This document shows, one piece after another, positions 24,410-36,514 of a stretch of DNA of 64,000 nucleotides (position 1 is the first letter of the stretch; every line of letters begins with the position of its first letter). The notes under the pieces were generated by a model. That model was not told the origin of the DNA and made no database searches. It saw nothing but the letters and a program-made list of their open reading frames with translations. Both the position numbers and the translations under genes were made by a program. The stretch is taken from assembly GCA_030704615.1 (NCBI GenBank), contig CM060733.1, forward strand, positions 39,804,001 through 39,868,000, read 5' to 3'. Source of the stretch: Takakia lepidozioides (Eukaryota > Plantae > Bryophyta).

Positions 24410-26830
24410 TCTTGCGGGGACTGTGCATCAGATATCTTGATCCTAGCATTTTGTTAGCAGACAAGTAAGAACCCAGTGACATGGCCAAGGTTAAGGAAGC
24501 CATGGACGAGGATTTTGAGTACAATCCTCAACCTATGAGCGTATCCAAGTTCCATGCAGCATGTGGGATGATTGTAAAAGTGTACAGCCAAAGACTGAAG
24601 TTGGGGTGGAACGCGGGAGGTTCATGCCCTCCGAGTGTAGAGTCCACCCATTGGGATGCATTGGTGAAGTATTGGGAGTCCCCCAAGGGGCAGAAAGAGA
24701 GTGAGAACATAAAGAGAGCACGATCCAGGGTTACCAACCCATCGAGGGTTGGAAGAGCAAGGATGGCTGGACAGGCAAGGCGCTTGGTAATGATGAATAT
24801 TTGTACCACTGTATTAATATATGTATATGTGTATGCTATTTACATGGTCTATGTGCAGGAGTAGGACAGTAGAGGCGCACTGTGAGTTTGTTGCAAAGTC
24901 GTGGTACAGTCTTGACTCTGTAAACTTGGAAATGATTTCATGAGTAGGGGCTTATTTGTTTTTGTTGTGGCACTGACAGAAAAAAGACCGAACAAGCAGT
25001 CCAAGCTTGATTGAGCTGGCACTCGCCGCAAAGGTGGACAAAAGATATGGCTCCCAGTCATGTCATGACGTAGAGGAAAATGTCATGCGGCCCTTACTTT
25101 GTCACTACTTAGATTTCTTGCATCAGTAGACAGACCATACAAACTCATTATCCATGTTGTTTGGGTTTGTAGGGAGGAGGGAGGGTGCGATGCAGGCTCG
25201 ACTGTCCCATCTGAGGGTAGGTGGTTGCCTTGCAGAAAAACCAGATCCCCACGATTGAGGGGCATTGGCCACTATAAAAGCTGAAGGGTAAGGTTCCAAG
25301 GACAATGCCAAAAACTGGATGCATTGATGGCAATGATGTTGGGAATATCGACGCCCGCCCCTCCTCCAATTGCTATCCCAACATGTCCTTTAATTGCACC
25401 AATGGGTGATGATGCAGGCTTGGAAGGCAACACTTTTGTGCAAGAGGTGGGTTACATTATTCTTCACCCCACGTATTTTTTTTTTGGCGTCCCTAAAGTG
25501 TTTCTTGAGTTTGAGATGAGCTGTTGTGGTATGTTTTGCTCAGGTGCAGGAGAAGCTCCACAAGTTGGGGAAAGCCACATTCAGTGGTTGAGGACCCTGT
25601 AATCACTACTGTACGGGTGGGGGCGGGGCGCAAGGGGGCTCCTGAAAATTGCCACGCAAGAAGGGAGGTGCAGGTGGACAGCATTGGCTGCTGGTGAGAT
25701 GGGGTCTGCTCCATTGACAGTGCTGGTAAGAGGTGACAATAGGGTGTTGGCAGACAAGATGTACCTATTCCTCACTAGGCAACTTCCCCACAGAAAGAGG
25801 TACCTCCTCCCAGACTTTATCTTGTTTCATTTTCTTGGGCAAACTGTTTGTCATCTGTTATTCTCATGTATGTTTTATTTAATGGTGTGTGTGACACCAA
25901 TACAACCATGAATGCATTATGAACATGTTGGTAAGTACTCATGTATTGTACCATGTTTTATTCTGGCATGTAAATAGGGGAGAAAAGCTGAGGAGCCTGC
26001 CCCAGCCGTCGTGAAGGAGCTGAAAAGAAAACAAACACAAAAAGCTGAACGTGTGACCAGAGCCACTATGCCAAAGACACTTTCAAATGACTGATGCAAT
26101 TGCGACATAACACCAGCATCTAGCGGGAGTAAGGATCAGGTGGGCCTTGAGGAGGCACCTGGTCTTGCTGTAATCCCCGTACTAGAGGTGAGCACCCATA
26201 AGCCTTCCCTATTGGCTACGTTTGTTGTAGAATGTGGTCATTTAGCCATGTTGGGTACATGGCTGTGACATTTACAGGACTTTAGAGTTCTAAGGGGTGT
26301 TGGGGGGTGATGTTTGCAGGCTGAGAAAGCTGCTCTTCATACTTCCACATGCAAGCACCAATTGCGCCTGCATCAAGGCCAACCCCCACAATTCAACCCC
26401 CTGCCACTCTCACAGATCCACTTATGCTACCAGAAGTACTGTACTCTTTCAGTTTTTAATTGTAGTTGACGTTCCTCATTCTCTAGCTTTCAATACCATC
26501 AGTACATGACTTCATGGGTTGATTCATATGCTTTTTGTGGTGGGTGTTGGGTCCAGTTTAAGATGAAGGACAAAGTCCACCTGTATGATCTTTTATCATC
26601 ACGACATAGGGTTGGCACTGGAGTTGTCACTGGTGTGCCTGGCAAAGACACATATCACCGTCGCTGAGATTCCTGAAGGCATGTACAGTGGGAGGTCCAG
26701 TATGTCCATGTTTCATATTGTGTGTTGCCTCATCCTAATGAGGAAGATGACCCACCGCAAACCGAGTTGGACCACGTCCTTGGTAGGAACACCCTTTGGC
26801 CAGAGAAGAACCTGAGGAGGGGTTAGAAGT
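24410..26830 (+). mobile_element. CACTA TnpA-like (Ptta/En/Spm) gene relic
   Basis: CPPSVESTHWDALVKYWESPKGQKESENIKRAR matches the Transposase_24 pattern; C-terminal exon ~26540-26820 reads VLPHPNEEDDPPQTELDHVLGRNTLWPEKNL. Confidence 0.7.
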
Positions 26831-28542
26831 ATGGTTCGACCGGGCATAAACATTGCTGGCAATGAAGAAAATACATGAAAGTAGTTCATGGCTTTTAGCA
26901 TGCTTGCAAAGATGTAGTGTAGATGTAGTATGTCACCCTTTATCATGGCTGGATTTTGTTGACTCTGTCCCTGCACTTTCTCTCTTGGATTCTATTGTGT
27001 TTTTTGAATGGTGAATCTTCAAGAGTATTTGGGTAGGATTCGCTTGGAATGTAGGGAAATGATGAGAATGTATGAATCACTTGCACACCCACCTCTGTTA
27101 GTGGTATATGTGAGACTGTCATAGTAGGCAAGAGTGGTTGTACGCCTCCAGATGCAGCCCTAACCACTAACATACCACTATGGCAGTAATAATTCCAATA
27201 TATGGTCCCTTACGGACACAATGAGTGGTTTTAGCACACAACCTAACCACTACATCAATACCCCTCAACCCCTGGTCTACTTCCCCCTTAGAGTTTAGTT
27301 GTACCTTGTGCGCCTTCAGCCCAACGGCCTTTCGGGATTTGGCATTAGTGTCTTGTGCCTTTGAAGCCTGCCTCTTTGCACATTTTTTGTCTGCAGCCTC
27401 AAAATGCACCTCCCCTTGCTGTGTGGAATCGTGATCATCACCATGAGGGGGTGTGAATGGAGGAGGACCACCATAAAAAGGGGGGTATCCATGACCATGA
27501 ATTGGTTGCGGGTAGTGGGGCCATGGGCTGCTACCAAGTAGGCGGTCCTTGCTGCAGCCACGTTTGCCCGCTTGTGGACTATACCCATGGCCCATTCGGG
27601 GCTTGTTGCATCCATGTCGTAGGTGGACCAGCAGCAGGAGCCACAGCCTGAGGTCCCCCTTCCTTTGCATGCTTTGATGCAGCCTAACATAAAGCCCCTC
27701 CACCCCACGGAGTTGGAACTTAGGGAAAAAATGAAGTGGCATGGCAAAAGTTGAACTTGCATGCTAGCAATGAACGCATACAGACCTTGGCCCAATGTGC
27801 TTTAAAATGTTTGGCATCCGATGCTGTGAATGCATGGAACGTCATGCTCTGGGCTAGCAGCAAGGCAAGGATGAATGCATGATTTGTGCAGACGCATGGA
27901 TAGCTGAAGAAGCAGGGATAGAGAGTCTTGCAATGACCCACATCCATTTCCACATTACAAAATGTACACTGCTTGGTCCAAAATACCCTCCCTCATGCAT
28001 TCAGGGCCGAGTTTGATGAGAGGGCAGTAGACTGAATTTAAACTCAGTGGGGGTAAGCCTATCTGTACCCACTGTTGTAATTGATAAACCCATGACAAAA
28101 CCAAGCTGTATTGCAGCTGACTCCCTCCCTCTCTCTGAAAATCTAAACTGTCCGGGGTTTTCTAAGCAGACAGACCCTCTCGTCAAATCTACCAAGGGAA
28201 TTCTGCCTGTACCTTTGTTGACCAAACAATGTGGGCACGGGGTCAATGGGCACGACAAACAACGGCAAACAACATCTTGGGAGTACACTCATTCTTACAG
28301 GTACAATTTCATGTTGATAGATCTGACAAGAAAGTCTCACTGCGTAAAAACCCCCTTTCACTATTCAATAAGTTGAAGAAGAAGGTGCCATCACCACCAC
28401 CCAACCTGCTAACGTCCAGAAATTCAACATGCAGTTGACAGGGCCGAGTATGATGAGAGGGCGAAATAGGCTGCAATACGTCAAAGAAGAAGGTGCCCTC
28501 ACAACCACGCAACCTGCTAACTTGTAGAATTCAACATGCATT

Positions 28543-29100
28543 CACTACAACAGATGAGCGTTTTTATGACTGCACATATGACTATTTTTTCAGTCTTATA
28601 TGCGTTCATGACTACATCACTCTGTAATGAAAAAAGCCCTGTCATAGCGACTAGTCTTTAGGACTGCATTTTGCAAGTCATAGCCGTGACTGCGTGCGTG
28701 GCACCTGGAGTCATGCATAAGAGAGTGATGTAGTTACAACTCTATGACTTACATACGACTAACTATATGACTACATTGTCTGATGAGCGTTGCCTACATG
28801 GAGAGGCTTTAGAGGAACACGTGCACCACTGCGCAAGCGACACGTCACGCCACCTTTTGCACTTCAGATGTGACATGTGGCACTTAGACATAATATATGA
28901 CTAGCATATATGGCAGGTTTTATGCCACGTGTCATCAAGAATGTCCCTGAAATTAATTTAATAGTTATATTTGCAATTTTAAATTCTTAATTTATATTTT
29001 ATTTGAAAAACAGAGGATAGCAGCTTGGAAAATTTTATTAAATGGTATTATTGTTTATTTTAATTTTATATAAAAAAAAATATATAAAATGATTTAAATT
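28543..29100 (+). mobile_element. CACTA terminus (CACTACAACAGATGAGCG), same family as the one at 17603
   Basis: ~28-bp TIR nearly identical to 17603; ATGACT subterminal repeats. Confidence 0.8.
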
Positions 29101-29409
29101 CTTCATTACATGGTGAAATTTTGATATAAAAACAGAATGGACCCCTCTTGCATACTAGCAACCACAAGGACATTCAAAATAGACAAGTACAGGGAATACA
29201 CCCCTATAAATTATATTTACAAAAATCCAAATAAGACCAATGTCCCAATGGACACCTCAGAGGCCACAAGGTCCAAAAATCCATGCCTGAAAAGGTCCAG
29301 TAAGCAAAAAATAAGCAAGCCCACCATGGGCTGAATTGTTGTAATACTAGTTTGTTCTGGTGTGCTACTAGAATCAAGGACCCTGTTAAACAGTGCAATA
29401 CTTACGGAC

Positions 29410-31360
29410 GATTTGATAAGAGGGAAAAACAGGGTGAAATGTGTTGAAGAAGGTGCCTTGATTAACAGTGCCTGATTTGATCAATTGTGCCGCTGCTGCT
29501 GGGGCTTCCAGTTGACCATCTACCCATGCAGGTTTCTTGTACCTATCCTTCCACAGGGAATCATAGGTAATACGGAGCTTGAATCCGGCCTCCTCTTGGA
29601 TGAATCTGGACCCACACATCTATCCCTGCTCCTTCAGCTATCCATGCCCCTGCACAAATCATGCATACATCCTCGCCTTGCTGCTAGCAGCTGACAAATG
29701 ACAGCCTAGAATTGCTTGAGCAAACACCCCAACCCTACTTATCACACTAGTTCCTATGCTGACTTGCGTCTGCTTCCAACAGGCATTCACCTTTTGCCTC
29801 GATTGTTCCACCATTGACTGAGGTCAGGAACGTATTCATCCTAGAGCTTCTCCTCGAGTCTATGTTATCTATTTTTCGATACTTTTCCTGTCGACCACAT
29901 TCGGCAGTAACATGTCAAAATCACTCCAAACTACCATAGATCCACCAACGAGCTAACTTGCAGAATTCAACATTAAAATTTAAGGACGACTCTGATAGGA
30001 GGGGAAAACAAGGTGAAATATGTTGAAGAAGGTACCTTCATTAGCAGCATGTCGCGCACCTCACTTTGGTAAGCTCCCCTTCAAGTCATAGTCACTCGCT
30101 TTGATGCGCGCGCGTGACTCCCAACCTGGCCGCCAGGCCAACTTGGAGCTTCGGCTGCTCACCGGGACATAACGCTCCCCCGAAAGACCCTCCACCTATT
30201 TGGGCCTAGTGGAATTCCCTTTGGTAGATGGCAGTCCGGAACAGCTCCCCACTCTTTGGTCGCTTTCCCGCTCGCTCGCTTACTCACTAGTTTTGGTCAC
30301 CACGGGCTTGCACCGTTCTCGGGGTTACTACTCCCTATATATACTTCTGTAGCTGTCCGCGGGGGTTCCACAAACAGCCATGCCATTTTATGGTGAACCA
30401 CCACGAAGACCCTCGATTCCCGGTGGTGAGTCGCGGTGAGTCTTGGCCCACTCACCGCGGCCCCAATGGACCGTGATGAGTCCCAAGACTCCCCACGACT
30501 CCCACCTCGAGGTCTCCACCCCATGGTGAGTCCTATGCCACCCCCACTAAGTCCCGCTAAGCTACCACCACCCCTTGTGGAGCCACCCCCACCGCAACCC
30601 GGTGTGCGGGGCTCCGCCTAGTGAGCGCCTCCGCCTCCTTGAGTGCCTTGGGCACTCAAGGTGCTTCAGCCCTGTATCTATCGTTGCTACTGCCCCCACC
30701 ACAGGGGCAGCCCCTTTTGTGTCCCGACCCCCTGCCCTCAAGGCAAAGGGCCGCGACACAACACCTTGTTTTATGAATTGTGCTGCTGCCGCTGCTGTTT
30801 CCAGTTGACCATCTACCCACTTGTAGCCGCTGTGAGCTATTGAAGAAGGTGCCCCCTTCCCCCATCATTTGATCATAGGTCTCCATACCATGTCCCTGCT
30901 CTGCATACCCTGCAAGCATCGTGTTCTATGACACCACATCTCGTTCAGCCATAATGTTGAAAACTCCCTTCGCATCCTTAATGCACCCACATTTCGCATA
31001 CATGTCCACCAGGCCAGTGTTCAGAATGACATCTGGTACAATTCCAGCTTTGATGATGTCACCATGGATCTCTTTCCCCTTTTCCAGAGGTCCCAATCTT
31101 GCACACGCATTGCAAACACAAACAAACGTGATGTGGTTGGGCTTCACCCCTTCGCGTAGCATTTGCTCATAGGTCTCCAAAGCATTCATACCACACCCAT
31201 GCTTGGTAAATCCTACCAACATTATATTCCACGTGATCAAAGATCATTGAGACATTCTGTTGAAAACTTCGTGAGCATGCATGCATGATGCTCCTGCACT
31301 TAACATACATGTTTGCTCCTGCACCCACATTTTGCATACATGTCCACCAGGGTATTGTTC
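29410..31360 (-). pseudogene. PPR and PDF-motif pseudogene fragments interrupted by a solo LTR
   Basis: PPR ORF 30926-31240 (LNTGLVDMYAKCGCIKDAKGVF); ITYDSLWKDRYKKPAWVDGQL at 29510-29580. Confidence 0.85.
30050..30758. mobile_element. Solo LTR
   Basis: TGTCGCG...CGCGACA ends; 5-bp TSD CAGCA/CAACA; close to the copy at 40579-41307. Confidence 0.9.
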
Positions 31361-34300
31361 ATGGCTTTCCCCTTCTGCTCCGCCAGAGACTTGTTGTGTG
31401 CCACCTTCTTCGCCCTGGCAGCGAGAGCATCAAGGAAGCTCTCATTAACGCATTGGATGATGGTTGGAGGTTCTAGCTTTGGCCTGTGCGTAAACGTCAC
31501 CGCCGAATACCGCCGTGTAGGCTCGCCCTCAAATGCCAACTTCTTGGTAGAGCCAGTCCCACTCCGAACAGACTTGGGAACCCGGACGACCGATGACTTG
31601 GTAGCAGCAGCAGCAGTCGCAGGACCTTGAACAAAGTCGTCGTCCAAGTCACTCCCTTGGGTCCCCTCCTGCGCCTCCTCCAATGCCCCGATGGTTTTCT
31701 GTTTTTTGGGTGTTACTGTACTCACTTGTTTCCTTGTCCTTTTCCTTTGGCCTTTATTATTCTCATTCAATTTCTCCTGAATTCCTGCTTGAGCAAGCTC
31801 TGCCGCTTTCCTGGAGTTTGCAAGCGTTGTTGCCTCTTTTGGACCCAGCGGAGGCAGCGGAGCTCGGTTTTGTCAAGCCTCAGCATCCAGCTTCAATTGA
31901 AACTCGGATGGGTCGAGCGAGCCGGGCGGAAGGTCCACATACCAAGGGCAATCACGCAAATGTTCCAGATGCCACTCCTTCACAATAACGTCAGTGTACA
32001 TGGAGTCAGCCCCAGGGTTCCTCCATGCCAGGAAGAATGGTGGCTCGAAAGACAGATGACCTTTCTCCAAAAGGGAGAACTTGCAGTACCTGCATTCATG
32101 AAAAACACAGAATGAGGTCCCTGAACTGGAAATTTGGCACCATTTTCCCAGGTTAGGGCGGAACTGACTGGGCCTAGAACTGGGAAAATGGCGCCGAATT
32201 TTGGTTTTCGGTGCCAGCCACCCTAGGGACTTAGCCATTTTGGGAGCCCTGAACTGGAAATTCGGCGCCATTTTCCCAGGTCCGGGCCGAAAATGGCTAA
32301 GTCCCTGAACTGACAGGCCCTGGAATTGGAAAAATGGCGCCGAATTTCGGTTTTCGGTGCCAGCCACCCTAGGGACTTGGCCATTTTGGGAGCCCTGAAC
32401 TGGAAATTCGGCGCCATTTTCCAGGTCCGGGCCGAAAATGGTTAAGTCCCTGAACTGACAGGCCCTGGAATTGGAAAAATGGCGCCGAATTTCGGTTTTT
32501 GGTGCCAGCCCCCCTAGGGACTTAGCCATTTTGGGAGCCCTGAACTGGAAATTCGGCGCCATTTTCCGAGTCCGGGCCGAAAATGCCTAAGTCCCTGAAC
32601 TGACTGGCCCTGGAATTGGAAAAATGGCGCCGAATTTCGGTTTTCGGTGCCAGCCACCCTAGGGACTTGGCCATTTTGGGAGCCCTGAATTGGAAATTCG
32701 GCGCCATTTTCCGAGGTCCGGGCCGAAAATGCCTAAGTCCCTGAACTGACTGGCCCTGGAATTGGAAAAATGGCGCCGAATTTCGGTTTTCGGTGCCTGC
32801 CACTCTAGGGACTGGAAACTCGGTGCCCTGGACTGGAAACTCGGCGCCATTTTTCCAAGGACCAATTTTTATGCGCCACATGAGGCCTCTAACATCCTGA
32901 AATGCAAGGACTTGAAAGGAAGGCATCGCGTATGTACCTGTACAGAAGGCGCATTGCTGCTTTGTCCGCGTTCGGCTGGTTGGTGAACTCGTGGCTCCGG
33001 CGGGCATGGGGTATCTCCCGATAGAATAGGTCAGTTTTGTACAGCAGAAAGTACCTCGTCACATAGTCGCGTAGGCTCTCTGCTGCAGGAGAAATCTCCA
33101 TCTTGAACTGATGTGCTTGTGTGTCCAGCTACTCTTGTGCATTCGTCGTCACCTGTGGAGATTCTCCATCAGACGCTTTCCTGAAAAAATACAATGAATC
33201 CACCCCCTACAAGAGTAGAAGCGCCAAACGAAGCGTGGGGAAGTACCTGAAACCACCATGTCATGCGGTTCATCCACATGTCGAATGTCGGGTCAGACAG
33301 TTTGTCCGGTTTGGGGAAGCTCCACATGTCCCTTGTACTTTAGGAACCATTCCAGATTTGGAGCCACCGGGTCTGTCCAACCACCCAGCATATTCGTAAG
33401 CGCCAAACACCACAAAAACGAGTTGTTGCCACCACAATTTGGTTAAGAATGTATCACCTTTTCTGTTGCATCCACACATGATGTGGCTAGACGATGGAGC
33501 TTCTCCAATGTCATCGTGGGCTTCAAAGCGCGGGAGTAGTGCTTCCCCACCTCCACCAGAAAGTCGGCACCAAGGGCGGGATCAGCTATGGCCACGTACT
33601 TTACCATCCGCGACTTGTACTTTATGTGGGCCCTGGCCTCCGCAGCTTTGAGATACGATTCGAGTGTCGGGAGGGTTAGATTCTTCTTCTCTGACTCCAT
33701 GTAGAACCTCCGCGCATGTGCCAAATCCTGCTGAATTTTTGTCTGTCAAGAATGCGCACATAAGATTAGAGATCTTGCTCAACACTTTTTCTTCTATTGG
33801 GGGAGGAGAGACAGATTAGCTCAACAAAACAGTCAGGAGCTTTACCCAAAATATGTAGTCCACCATGGCGTCCATGCTCAGCCTATACCAGGTTATGTCT
33901 GCCTTTGCCTCCGACTTGCGCAGGAGGTCGACACTGAGCGAATTGGCAAACTCTTGCACCCCCTGCTTCCCGACATCCTTCACTCGGAAGAGCATATGGG
34001 ACAAGTTGGTGGCAATGAGGCATTCTCAGTCACCCTGCAATGCCACATTTCCATCAAACAATACTGAAATGGGAATTTTGAACAAATATGAGGATTCGCA
34101 ATGAAATGACTTACAAATTTTGGGTCCAAAAGCAAGAGGCGTTGTAACTTACAAGTTGATGTCCGCCATTGCAGCTTTGAGAAGACTGCGATCTTTGGGC
34201 CCCGCAACCTTCAACACATCACACTCCACGGCGAAATGCCAATCGAGGTCGTTGGGGTGGGCTTCGGCTATGTGCTCCATCCATGCCAGGAGGCGATGAT

Positions 34301-35438
34301 TGCCGTCCCACACGTAAAACATCTTTCCGGACAAGTGCTGGAAAAGAGGATCAGTAGCAATCGATCTCTCGAACTCCTCATTTCGCCTTTGCCAATGGGG
34401 ACCCCATTTGTCCACCTCATCGGAAGTGTGGGCACGGGAAGCTCCGTGGTCGTTCTCAATGGAAACGTAAAACGCGGCAAACCCCATTCGATATCCATCC
34501 CGGAAAGAGAATTTCAGCTTGTTGATATCGCCTGGGAGGGCAGGTCTCACCACCTGCAAAGACACCAAGCGGCAAAGGGGAATTCGAAGCTTGGTCGGGT
34601 ATACCATGCCCCCCAGCACCCTGCCAATGTTGCTGTGGGTTGCCTCCAACATCTTGGCAGCGGCCAACTTCATATCCGCCTCCGACATGACGTCTGTTGC
34701 AGAGGGGTTCTCCGGCAGCCCACCAGGACCGCCAAATCCAACCTGTATGCTGCGGGTTTGGGGCCTGGGGATGTCCGGGAGGATGTCATCCTGGTCAGAA
34801 AGCTCAGTGTTGTCCTCTTCAACATGGTCAACCACCGGCAAAACCACCTCGAGCACTCTCCCCGTCTCTACTGCCATCTCCCCGGCTTCACCTCGAACTT
34901 GCACAATCCGTGCTTTTTGTGATGTTCTTTCCTCTCCTCCACTCTCCACCGTATGGGTAATTGCGGGGGCTGCTCTTGTCCGCGATGGTGTAACTGGTGT
35001 GTTACTGCCTCTTTGTGGTGTCTTGGAGGGATCCACCGTCTCTGTGCGTCCCTCGCTTACATGGGCATCTGTCATTTTGGCACCCCTAGCCTCTTCAGTG
35101 GCCTTTTCTCTTTCCTCCTGGCTAGCCTTCTGTCTCGCCTGTTCTTTTGCCCTCTCTTTTGCCCTCTCACGGGCTTTCTGTTTCTTACTAGGGCTAGCAG
35201 CAGGGGAGCCCTCCAGGACAACCACCTTTGATTGAGGAGAACTGACACCCTCGCGCGCACTGCTCGCTCCCCCCTCCGCAGCCCGTGACGGCTCTCTCGC
35301 CGGCGATTGCATGTGCTTGGCTTTCTTCTTCTTCTTTGCGTGGGCGGGCCCTACTGCATGTGCATCAACAACCTCCATTGCCGGATCTGTTGTCCTCACG
35401 CCCTTCACCTGCCATGCCGCCTGCACCAACCTCCCCAA
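31361..35438 (-). pseudogene. Spliced ParB/Srx-fold gene of Mutator-like element A, 3'-truncated before the methyltransferase region
   Basis: Exon 35438-34153 reads RIPLCRLVSLQVVRP...FYVWDGNHRLLAW; later exons contain TWYRL, IADPALG, EKLHRL and RDCPWYVDLP. GT-AG introns fall at the same positions as in the paralog at 44.6-50.3 kb. Confidence 0.75.
32115..32860. repeat. Intronic tandem array, ~120-bp unit with two GGCGCC-centred palindromes per unit
   Basis: About 6 units of GGAAATTCGGCGCCATTTT / GGAAAAATGGCGCCGAATTTC between donor cag|gtacat (~32941) and acceptor tgcag|gtactgc (~32090) on the minus strand. Confidence 0.9.
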
Positions 35439-36514
35439 TGCCTATTCTGTCGTACTCTCGCTGCACGTCCTCCCGTCCACCAACAAAAGGTTTTAGTTTG
35501 CCCTCCCGCCCCAAGTTGGGCGATCCAAACATGCGATGAGTTGGAGCTGTCGATGATACCACCAGCGTGCCGGGCTCGTCGTCACTCTGTCATTCCCGAA
35601 AATCGTGAGAACCAACATCGGAATGAAAACCACCATCCGCCACGAGCAGCGCAACCACCGTCGCAACAATCGTGGAACAACAATGAAAACAAATCCAACC
35701 AATGCCTAAGAATGACATGCACAAGCAGCCTTCTCCAGAGCTGCCGGCTTTGCACACGCATTGCAAACTATCTAAGGTTCACTCAACCAGTAACTTGCAG
35801 AAATCAACATGAAACACGATGAACAAATGAACACGAATTCCATAAGACGGGAAAACAGGGTGAAATGTTTTGAAGGCACTTCATCTGCTCAGACAATCTT
35901 CTCAGCTCAGCATGGATTTCCTTAATTCCGAGATGCAACCTGTTATCTACAGCGAGATGTGCACCCTGTCCTGGCAAGCAATCTGAATGCAGCAACGACC
36001 TGGCTCCTTTCTAACCACTCTGACCTTGATCATTCTTCTCAAGAACTCGTGCTTTTGCGATGCAACCATGCGCTTCCAGCGCTGCCAGGCGGAAGATGTG
36101 AAAACAAACTAAAAAAACGAAGAAAACCGAAAGAGGAAGGGGCGGAACCTGAGAGTACTCGGCTTCAGTTGGCGCGGGCTGTGAGCAAGACAATGGAATT
36201 TCCTGCTGGAGCTTAAGTTTGGCCATGCGAGAGGTTGGACGTCGCCCGTAGTACAAAGCCTTCAACTTCCGCCGCGGTCTGGATGTGGGGTTTCTCTCAG
36301 GAGAGCCACGCCCTTCTCCACGCGGCATAAGTCCCAGCAAAAGAAAAAAGATCTCGCAGTATGTGTGCGTACATGCCTCGAATAGAAGTTCATCCAAGTT
36401 TAGCATCAGGTATCCAAGGCGTATCCGGGAAGCAAGCGCAGAATCCTTGTGTCGCCAACCCGGTTCAAAACCGACGGCGGAGGACATTTAATGCGCAACT
36501 ACGTCAATCGCCCA

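Noticed and set aside
32120-33007. ORFs with repeated MAPNFQFRAPK
   Set aside because: Translation of the intronic 120-bp array; only the part below ~32090 is real exon.
34236-35235. Plus-strand ORFs of 228 and 238 aa
   Set aside because: Antisense shadows of the ParB-like exon.
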